Shown: positions 44,201 to 50,390 of the stretch, one piece after another
Layout of the letters: the number at the start of each line of letters is the position of its first letter
Position numbering within the stretch: position 1 is the stretch's first letter
Source of the DNA: Thermoplasmatota archaeon
Lineage (GTDB): Archaea > Thermoplasmatota > Thermoplasmata > UBA10834
DNA: 51,533 bases
Reading direction: 5' to 3'
Assembly: GCA_022848805.1 (NCBI GenBank)
Contig: JAJISI010000002.1
Location: 1-51,533 of the forward strand
Notes under the pieces: model-generated
The model's input: only the letters and a program-made list of their open reading frames with translations
The model's database searches: none
Told to the model about the DNA's origin: nothing
Program-made: the position numbers and the translations under genes

Positions 44201-44238
44201 ATGACCAGGACGGCACCTACCCGCTCGTTCTTTGTCAT
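41203..44238 (-). CDS. Double-length HdrA-family flavoprotein (1011 aa), paralogue of 30985-34026
   Basis: Same half-A/half-B order: [58 protein letters not shown]. Then [61 protein letters not shown]. Confidence 0.9.
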   Translation of the reverse strand: MTKNERVGAVLVIGGGPAGMQAALDLADSGFKVYLLETTPSIGGTMSQLDKTFPTNDCSMCILSPKLVATGRHENVTMLTYSVLKKVEGQAGNFKVTLAKYSRYIVEEKCTGCGVCAEHCPIEWSSAFDRELAPAKAIYVPFPQAVPLIYTIDRGLCIGCGICEKFCEAEAIKYDMDPDIEETIDVGAIILAPGYDVYNSSKKVMYGHGTFPNVLSNIEFERMLSASGPTEGHVIRPSDGDVPKNIAFIQCVGSRDAQTPNTYCSSYCCMAALKQAVIAQEHVPGLKTTIFFMDTRAFGKEFEEYLHRAEDEYGVRMFRNNRIAKVQENPGTSDLVLGFIDGADIEDETFDMVVLASGATPPESSKALAKSLGMNMNKFGFCETDELAPVDTSVPGIYVCGAFSGPKDIPDSVAQASGAAGKAAALLSDERGKLVTKKEYPEEKDVTDKEPRIGVFVCHCGINIGSVVDVPGVMEYASKLPGVVYAEENLYTCSQDTQKKIKEMIDEHDLNRVVVASCTPRTHEPLFQNTVREAGLNKYLFEMANIRDQCSWVHRLEPEAATEKSKDLVRMAVAKASMLEPLPQPKIPVTPAALVIGGGLSGMTAALEIAKAGYEVHIVEKEKELGGHMRRIHHTLAGVNPQETLANLKKDLQDNTNVTIHLGETVEEVKGYIGNFETTLKGGEEIKHGAVVVASGAVEYEPTEYLCGQHPKVIKQTDLGDMLAKGELDAKAVAIIQCVGSRNEEHPNCSRICCSTAMANALKIREEHPETSVYILFRDIRTFGFAEENYNEAARQGVRFLRYDPESPPKVRADGDGIIVEIDEKFIEETITIRPDYVVLNAAVHPNPDNKDIAQKLKVPQNEEGFFLEAHMKLRPVDFATDGIFLCGLAHSPRLIDESISQALAAAARVNTVLSKPFIEGEGVVSVVDEEKCIGCGRCVDLCEYGAPRLEEVSPGVFKSKVNEALCKGCGSCVVECCSRAIRSKHFRSDQIITMIEAALADDDEEREAKA
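42590..42713 (-). repeat. Near-identical nucleotide tract shared with 32381-32504
   Basis: See the 32381-32504 entry. The tract encodes the conserved [26 protein letters not shown] segment of half B. Confidence 0.8.
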
Positions 44239-44240
44239 GT

Positions 44241-44684
44241 CTACGCACCCTCCTGAGCGATCGGTCCTAGCTGCTCGAGGTCAGACACCATTTCCCTGAT
44301 GACTTTGGCGAACTTCTGCCCTTCAGAACCAGCGATCCACTCGATTCTGAAGCGTTCCGGCTCTATGCCCGTCTCCTCTAAGAACTCCTCCAGGAAGTCG
44401 CCTCTCGTCGCGGTCTTCTCGTTGCCGTTGATGTAATGGCAGTCTGAGGGATGGCACCCAGCGACTATCACCCCGTCCGCTCCGAGCGTGAATGCCTTGA
44501 GGACGAACGCAGGGTCCACCCTCCCCGAACACATGACTCTCACGATCCTCACGTTCGGCGGATACTGCATCCTCGTGGTGCCCGCGAGGTCCGCGCCTGC
44601 GTACGAGCACCAGTTGCAGCAGAACGCGACTATTTTGGGCTCGTAGCTCGGCTGGTCCTGCTTGGCTTCTGACTGCTCTGCCAC
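44241..44684 (-). CDS. mvhD: MvhD (FlpD-family) subunit
   Basis: [61 protein letters not shown]. Confidence 0.9.
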   Translation of the reverse strand: MAEQSEAKQDQPSYEPKIVAFCCNWCSYAGADLAGTTRMQYPPNVRIVRVMCSGRVDPAFVLKAFTLGADGVIVAGCHPSDCHYINGNEKTATRGDFLEEFLEETGIEPERFRIEWIAGSEGQKFAKVIREMVSDLEQLGPIAQEGA

Positions 44685-44686
44685 GG

Positions 44687-45604
44687 TCAGACCCCCCTGA
44701 GCTTCCTGAGGAACGAGTGTGCCGACACGTGGTGCGTGTCGAACCCGAGCGATATCGGGTCGATGCCCATCGCCAGCGCCTGGAACTGAGCCACGTGCAT
44801 CACAGGGATGCCGTCCTTGGTGAAAGCCTTCTGGGCGTTGTCGAACTGGAGCAGACAGAAAGGGCAGCCAGTGACGATGCAGTCCGCCTCAGCAGCGACG
44901 ATGTTCCTGCATTTGTCTTCCGTGAGGGAATTGGCCAGCTCCACCACGTGAGACCTGACGCCTCCACCAGCGCCGCAGCAGTCCAGCTTGTCTTCGTAGT
45001 CGACGCTCGTCGCACCGCACGCCTCGATTATCTGGTCGATCTTGACGGGGTCGTTGGGGTCGTCGATGGTCTGGTTCTCGGTCGGTCTAAGATAATGGCA
45101 CCCATAGTGTACCGCCGCTTTGATGTTCTTGAGCGGCCGCGTGGTACGTTTCTGGACCTCTTCGAGACTGATGTCATTCGTCATGACGTCCACATAGTGC
45201 CTGACCTTGACCGGCTCCATTATCCGTCTCCGGCCCTCGGTCTTCCGAGGGGTACCCGTGTATTTCTTTCCTATCTGCGCCAGCATCCGGTTGACCTTTC
45301 CCCTCCTCTTGGAGTCCTCGAGGTACTCCGTCGCCTTGAGAAGTGAGGTGAGACAGCCGTTGCAGACGGTTAGTATCTCCCTGCGCTCCTTCTGCCCCAG
45401 GACGAGGTTGCGGGAGGCCAGCAACAACCATGTGTCTTTGTCCGATGAGTAGAATATTCCTGGCACCGGGCAGCACGAGAACTCCTTGATATCCGCGACA
45501 TCGAGGTCGTACCCTTCCTTGCCACAGACCCACCTGACCGCGTACTCGACGCCCGGGTATCTGTTCGGTATTATGCACCCGAAGAAGTAGGCGTAGCTGG
45601 TCAT
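44687..45604 (-). CDS. hdrB: Heterodisulfide reductase subunit B (two CCG domains)
   Basis: YFFGCIIPNRYPG..SCCPVPG..CNGC and HYGCHYLRP..CCGAGGG..GCPFC. Confidence 0.92.
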   Translation of the reverse strand: MTSYAYFFGCIIPNRYPGVEYAVRWVCGKEGYDLDVADIKEFSCCPVPGIFYSSDKDTWLLLASRNLVLGQKERREILTVCNGCLTSLLKATEYLEDSKRRGKVNRMLAQIGKKYTGTPRKTEGRRRIMEPVKVRHYVDVMTNDISLEEVQKRTTRPLKNIKAAVHYGCHYLRPTENQTIDDPNDPVKIDQIIEACGATSVDYEDKLDCCGAGGGVRSHVVELANSLTEDKCRNIVAAEADCIVTGCPFCLLQFDNAQKAFTKDGIPVMHVAQFQALAMGIDPISLGFDTHHVSAHSFLRKLRGV

Positions 45605-46179
45605 GCCTTCACCTCCTCCTCGATGCCGATGAGCTTGTCGTATCCGACCGCGTGGACGAGCACGTTGATTTCCTTTATCACCTTCGCGTACTCCGCCCCT
45701 CGCGAGGGAACGTCCTCGAGATCTAGCTCCTTCCGGATCTTCTCGACCTCCAGGTCAGGTTTCACGCTCTGGCCGTACTTCACCAGGTTGGCAGCCGCCA
45801 CCTTTATGAACGGCGGTATGACCCCTTCCCTGATAGCGATGTGCCTAAGCGCGATCATGACCTCCGCAGGGTTGATATCGGCTGGACAGTGCTCGTAGCA
45901 TCTGTAGCATGTTGCGCACACCCATTGTGTTCCGAGTGTGAGCGTCTTGAGGCCGAACTGGCAGTACTTGATGATGCTCCTGGTCTTGTAGTCTATCTTG
46001 AGGCTGATCGGGCACACACCTGTACAGTTTCCGCACTGCAGGCATGTCATGACGTCCTTGCCGCCGTACTTGACGATCTCCTTCGCGAAACCAGGCTCCA
46101 ACTGTGACTCGTCTATGACCTTGTCCTCGACCAGCTTCTCGCGCAGGCCGCTCAGGAAGACCTTCTCCACCTCCCCCAT
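45601..46179 (-). CDS. hdrC: Heterodisulfide reductase subunit C
   Basis: CLQCGNCTGVCP and CATCYRCYEHCP ferredoxin motifs in a 192-aa protein. ATGA overlap with hdrB. Confidence 0.92.
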   Translation of the reverse strand: MGEVEKVFLSGLREKLVEDKVIDESQLEPGFAKEIVKYGGKDVMTCLQCGNCTGVCPISLKIDYKTRSIIKYCQFGLKTLTLGTQWVCATCYRCYEHCPADINPAEVMIALRHIAIREGVIPPFIKVAAANLVKYGQSVKPDLEVEKIRKELDLEDVPSRGAEYAKVIKEINVLVHAVGYDKLIGIEEEVKA

Positions 46180-48281
46180 TACGACACCTCCTCCTCGGCA
46201 GCGGGTTTCTTCGCCATTTCCTTCGTCTTGCCTCCGCCGCTCTCCACGTCCTCGAGCGCGGAAACGATCTCAGAGGTGATCTGGTCGTCTGTGAATTGGT
46301 TCGCTACGATCGCTTTCTGCGGGCACGCGGCCACGCATGTTCCACAGCCATGGCACAGCGCCTCGATGACCCTGGCTTTCGTGCCCTTCTCTCCTTCGTA
46401 CAGCTCGGGAGCACGGTACGGGCACATCTCGACGCATAGCCCGCATGCCACGCAGAGATCCTCATCGACCATAGCAGTCAACGGCTCGATTTTGACCTTC
46501 TTACCGGACATGACGCAAGCGGCAGAAGCTGCCGCGGCCTTCGCCTGGGCGATGGAATCGGGGATATCCTTGGGGCCCTGCGCACACCCTGCGAGATATA
46601 TGCCGTCCATGGCCGTGTCGACCGGCCGTAGCTTCGGGTGTGCCTCCATGAAGAATCCGTCCGGGCTCAGTGACAGCGCGAGCGTCTTGCCGATACGCTT
46701 ACTTCCTTCCGACGGAAGGAGTCCCGTCGAGAGCACCACGAGGTCGAACTCCCTCTCGGTTATCTTGTTTAGAAGGGTCTCCTCTGCCCTGATCGTGATT
46801 GACTTGGTCTCGGGGTCCTCGCTCAACTTCGCAGGCCGGCCTCTTATGAACTCTACGCTGTACTCCTCTCTCACGCGATGGTAGAGCTCCTCGAAACCCT
46901 TACCGAACGCCCGGATGTCGTTGTAGTAAACCGATATCTCGGTCTCAGACGCGTGCTCCTTGATGATCTGCGCGTTCTTGATTGCATACATGCAGCACAC
47001 GCGCGAGCAGTAGTTGTTGCCAATCTTCTTGTTCCTTGAGCCGACGCACTGTATGAATGCTATCCTCTCAGGAGCCTCGCCGTCTGATGGACGGATGAGG
47101 TGTCCTCCAGTCGGCCCAGCGGCGTTGATGAGCCGCTCCAATTCCAGGCCGGTTATGACGTTCGGGTACTCCCAGTACTTGTACACTCCCCGCTTCTTCG
47201 GCAGGTAGGTGTCGTAGCCTGTCGCGACGATTATCGTTCCTACCTTGAGGTCGACGAGCTCGTCCTCCATCTCGTGGTCTATCGCATTGTTTTGGCAGGC
47301 CTTGAGACAGGCCTTGCACTTGCCGTTCTTGAAATGTATGCAGTTGTCCTTGTCGATCGTGTATATGAGGGGAACCGCCTGGGGGAACGGCACGTATATG
47401 GCCTTCCTCTTGCCGTATCCAAGGTCGAACTTGTTGTCGACCTTCACCGGGCATACATCCGCGCAGACCCCGCAACCAACGCACTTGTCCTCGATGACGA
47501 ACCTTGATTTCCTTCTGACCTTGATGTCGAAGTTGCCGATGAATCCCTGAACGTCCTCCACCTCGGAGTACGACATCAGGGTGATGTTCGGGTGTCGTGC
47601 GACATCCACCATCTTAGGCGCTAGTATGCATATCGCACAGTCGCCCGTCGGGAAGGTCTTGTCTAGCTGTGCCATCCGGCCACCGATGCTAGGTTCGGAC
47701 TCGACGAGGTAGACTTTGAATCCCATCTGGGCCAGGTCGAGGGCTGCCTGTATTCCTGCCACTCCTCCGCCTATGACCAGTGAGGTCTGCTCCACAGGCA
47801 CCTCACGGGCCTCGAGGGGCACGAGTCTGGAAGCCTTGGCGACTCCCATCCTAACAAGGGCGATTGCCTTCCTCGTGGCCTCTTCCTTCTGCTGGGAGTG
47901 TACCCAGGAACACTGCTCCCGCAGGTTGACCATCTGTAGAAGGTAAGGGTTCAGTCCCGCCTGTTTGATGCAGTTCCTGAAGGTTGGCTCATGCATCCTA
48001 GGCGAGCACGCGGCGACCACCACGCGATTGACGTGGTTCTCCTTGATCGCCTTGATGATCTCATCCTGTCCAAGGTCGGAGCAGGTGTACTTGTTCCCCT
48101 TCGAGACGACGACTCCTGGTAATCTCTCCGCGGATTCCCGGACCTTTTCGACGTCAACCGTACCAGCGATGTTGCTGCCGCAGTGACACACGAAAACGCC
48201 GACCCTAGGCTCTTCGTCCCCGCTCTCCCGTTCGGGCTTCTTCTGAGCGGAGTTCTCTTCGAGTGACTCGGGTGAACTCAT
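46179..48281 (-). CDS. hdrA: Heterodisulfide reductase subunit A, canonical four-domain form
   Basis: [16 protein letters not shown] Cys domain, VIGGGVAG, DKTFPTGDCAIC, inserted ferredoxin (CVGCGVCADVCP ...CKACLKAC), [16 protein letters not shown]-terminal CVACGLCVEMCP and CHGCGTCVAACP. The ATG at 48281 follows AGAGGGA. The upstream ATG at 48353 lacks an SD. TAATG overlap with hdrC. Confidence 0.92.
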   Translation of the reverse strand: MSSPESLEENSAQKKPERESGDEEPRVGVFVCHCGSNIAGTVDVEKVRESAERLPGVVVSKGNKYTCSDLGQDEIIKAIKENHVNRVVVAACSPRMHEPTFRNCIKQAGLNPYLLQMVNLREQCSWVHSQQKEEATRKAIALVRMGVAKASRLVPLEAREVPVEQTSLVIGGGVAGIQAALDLAQMGFKVYLVESEPSIGGRMAQLDKTFPTGDCAICILAPKMVDVARHPNITLMSYSEVEDVQGFIGNFDIKVRRKSRFVIEDKCVGCGVCADVCPVKVDNKFDLGYGKRKAIYVPFPQAVPLIYTIDKDNCIHFKNGKCKACLKACQNNAIDHEMEDELVDLKVGTIIVATGYDTYLPKKRGVYKYWEYPNVITGLELERLINAAGPTGGHLIRPSDGEAPERIAFIQCVGSRNKKIGNNYCSRVCCMYAIKNAQIIKEHASETEISVYYNDIRAFGKGFEELYHRVREEYSVEFIRGRPAKLSEDPETKSITIRAEETLLNKITEREFDLVVLSTGLLPSEGSKRIGKTLALSLSPDGFFMEAHPKLRPVDTAMDGIYLAGCAQGPKDIPDSIAQAKAAAASAACVMSGKKVKIEPLTAMVDEDLCVACGLCVEMCPYRAPELYEGEKGTKARVIEALCHGCGTCVAACPQKAIVANQFTDDQITSEIVSALEDVESGGGKTKEMAKKPAAEEEVS

Positions 48282-48458
48282 GATTTCCCTCTTTGCTCGG
48301 GTAGTCGAATCAAATCCAGGACGAGAGAGACCACGGAAACAAAGCGTCGCCATCTGACGCTTACACTCGACTCTGGCAGTTCTGACGAGGTGTGTGTAAT
48401 AAAGGAGCCCTTAATATAGCTTTCGTTATCCATGTTTCGAAAAACGCAGGGTCCTTAG

Positions 48459-48484
48459 CGATAATCGTTAACATTATCGATAAT
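48459..48484. promoter_or_regulatory. A/T-rich palindrome CGATAAT-CGTTAAC-ATTATCG(ATAAT) in the hyp/hdr intergenic control region
   Basis: 7-bp arms flank a GTTAAC core, with the CGATAAT unit repeated directly at 48478-48484. It lies upstream of TATA-like GCTATATTAAGG / CCTTTATTA (minus strand, about 48397-48420). Confidence 0.3.
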
Positions 48485-48514
48485 GAAGCGCAGATTCTTT
48501 TGCGGATGACTCCC

Positions 48515-48531
48515 TCGAAATTCGAAATTCG
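48515..48531. repeat. Tandem heptamer TCGAAAT-TCGAAAT-TCG containing repeated TTCGAA palindromes
   Basis: Read directly. A third TTCGAA lies within the 8-bp palindrome TTTCGAAA at 48435-48442. Confidence 0.4.
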
Positions 48532-48674
48532 TACAATCGGAGATTCTCGATACCGTCGTTCCTGCGCCCTTCAGAAACGAGAATGAGAAATCGGCGGCCT
48601 GTGACCCGGGCATTGGACTATTGCGCGCCATCGGTCAGACGGTACCAGTGGCTCGTTGTTCAACGTTCGTCAAG

Positions 48675-49757
48675 TCATTTCCGTCCTCTGGTGTACCGAT
48701 GTGAGATGTAGCAGCTCCCCTCACGCGAGACCATACAGGGACCGACGGGTGTGGATGGAGTGCACTGTCGCCCGAACAGGGGGCATTCCTCGCTCGTCAG
48801 AAGTCCGCGGAGCATCTCACCGCATCTGCACCCCTTCGGTTCCTCGTATTCTGCATCTCTTACTGGCGCAAGAATGTCCTCGAACTTTCTGGACGCGTCG
48901 TGTTCCCCGAGGGTGCTCCGGATCGCAAGGCCGCTCTGCGGTATAACCGGGAATCCTCGCCAACGGACATCCGACGTTGTGAAGGCATCCTCCATTGCCT
49001 TGAGGGCCACGGGGTTTCCTTCTTTCTTCACGACGCGCGAGTACTCGTTCTGGACACTAGCGCTGCCGTCAGCTAGCTGTTTGGCCAGCATGTAGACTCC
49101 CATCATTAGATCCAACGGTTCGAATCCTGCGACGACTTGTGGTATGCCGTGATCTCTTGACAGGAATTCGTATGGCTCCGTCCCGATTATGGTGCTCACG
49201 TGGCCCGGCTGTATCATTCCATGGAGTTTGATCTCACCCAGCGATGCGATTGCTCTGAGCGCCGGTGGCACAACTCTATGTAAGCTCAGCACGGAGAAGT
49301 TGTCAGGGGGATTTGCCAGCAACGCGACCGCGGTGGTCGGTGCGGTTGTCTCGAACCCGATGCCGACGAAGACGACCTCGTCTTCAGAGTCTCTTGCCAT
49401 CTCAACCGCGTCGTCGATTCCGAAGACAATCCTGACATCGCCGCCTTCTGCCTTGATATCGTTCAACGATTGCTCTCGGCCAGGGACTCTCATGAGGTCA
49501 CCGAAGACAGCAACGGTGACTCCCTTGCGTGCAAGCTCCAGCGCTTGTTCGATCTCTTCTGGAGGGGTGACACACACAGGACACCCTGGGCCCTGGCGTA
49601 TGTCGATTCCCGCTTTTCTGAACTCCCCATCCAGACCGAACTTGATCAGCGTGTCCTGGTGGGTGCCGCAAACATGCATCAGCGTGATGTCGAGCCCCAT
49701 CTCCTTGAGCTCACCCATCACCTTCTTCGAGATTTCCTTGTCTCTGTATCTAAACAT
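48675..49757 (-). CDS. hypD: [NiFe] hydrogenase maturation protein HypD
   Basis: MFRYRDKE start, CGTHQDT, GPGCPVCVTP, and a C-terminal Cys cluster (CRCGE..CPLFGRQCTP..GPCMVS..GSC). The ATG at 49757 overlaps the hypA end by 8 nt. The ORF-track start is 49790. Confidence 0.92.
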   Translation of the reverse strand: MFRYRDKEISKKVMGELKEMGLDITLMHVCGTHQDTLIKFGLDGEFRKAGIDIRQGPGCPVCVTPPEEIEQALELARKGVTVAVFGDLMRVPGREQSLNDIKAEGGDVRIVFGIDDAVEMARDSEDEVVFVGIGFETTAPTTAVALLANPPDNFSVLSLHRVVPPALRAIASLGEIKLHGMIQPGHVSTIIGTEPYEFLSRDHGIPQVVAGFEPLDLMMGVYMLAKQLADGSASVQNEYSRVVKKEGNPVALKAMEDAFTTSDVRWRGFPVIPQSGLAIRSTLGEHDASRKFEDILAPVRDAEYEEPKGCRCGEMLRGLLTSEECPLFGRQCTPSTPVGPCMVSREGSCYISHRYTRGRK

Positions 49758-50124
49758 CGGGGACCACCATCCTGATATCTCTGATGACACACTCTCTGCC
49801 GCCTACGATGGTCGCCGCCCCTCCGCATTTCGGACACTCGAGGATGAGGGTCGACCCATGAGCGGCATCCTCTGATGGTGACATCGCCCCTCTGTAGCCG
49901 CACGCACACTCTATCTCCCCGTCCGTCCTACGAAACACGACGGCCGCATCTTCCATCATCGTCCCTTTGGCGAGAACCTCGAAGGAGAATCGCATCTGCT
50001 CCTCCCCGAGCATCGTGAACTCTCCTAGCTCGATCGTGACGCCCTCTATCTTCTTTGCCTCTCTCTTCTCGGCCTCTTCCATGATCGCGTCAACGATTTG
50101 ACTCATGACTGAGAATTCGTGCAT
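49750..50124 (-). CDS. hypA: [NiFe] hydrogenase nickel-insertion protein HypA
   Basis: MHEFSVMSQIV N-terminus (Ni site) and zinc Cys pairs CAC...CPKC. Confidence 0.88.
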   Translation of the reverse strand: MHEFSVMSQIVDAIMEEAEKREAKKIEGVTIELGEFTMLGEEQMRFSFEVLAKGTMMEDAAVVFRRTDGEIECACGYRGAMSPSEDAAHGSTLILECPKCGGAATIVGGRECVIRDIRMVVPDV

Positions 50125-50127
50125 GGC

Positions 50128-50358
50128 CTAAGCCCCTGCATCTTCCTGGGCGAGAAGTTCCCTGAACAGTTGGAGGGTCTTCTCCGCCTCCTCCTTGTCG
50201 AGGGTCTCGATCGCGTAGCCTGCATGGACTATCACATATTCGCCGATCTTCGCGTCGACCAATGAAACGTTGACTAATCTCATCACGCCGCCGAAATCAA
50301 CCTTCGCGGTGGTTCCATCGATGGACTTTATCTCGGCTGGGACTGCAAGGCACATCAA
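50128..50358 (-). CDS. hypC: [NiFe] hydrogenase assembly chaperone HypC
   Basis: MCLAVPAEI N-terminus with the essential Cys2. 76 aa, OB-fold size. Confidence 0.9.
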   Translation of the reverse strand: MMCLAVPAEIKSIDGTTAKVDFGGVMRLVNVSLVDAKIGEYVIVHAGYAIETLDKEEAEKTLQLFRELLAQEDAGA

Positions 50359-50390
50359 ACCGGCAGTATGGACGGTTCGTTGATAAAGCT

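Noticed and set aside
27604-48353. In-frame TGA (selenocysteine) codons in hdrA, mvhD, mvhA or mvhG paralogues, as occur in some methanogens and sulfate reducers.
   Set aside because: All reading frames are uninterrupted. The positions that can be Sec in other organisms (e.g. DKTFPTxDC in HdrA, the C-terminal DPCxxC of MvhA) are ordinary Cys codons here.
27044-48353. Calling the organism a methanogen on the basis of mvh/hdr genes.
   Set aside because: Mvh/Hdr-type genes also occur in non-methanogenic archaea and bacteria. No mcr, mtr, fwd or methyltransferase genes are in this window, so physiology cannot be inferred.
48392-48586. A 64-aa plus-strand ORF within the hyp/hdr intergenic control region.
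   Set aside because: It has no ribosome-binding site and no recognisable motif, and it lies in an A/T-rich region where random ORFs are expected. The repeats there are better explained as regulatory DNA.
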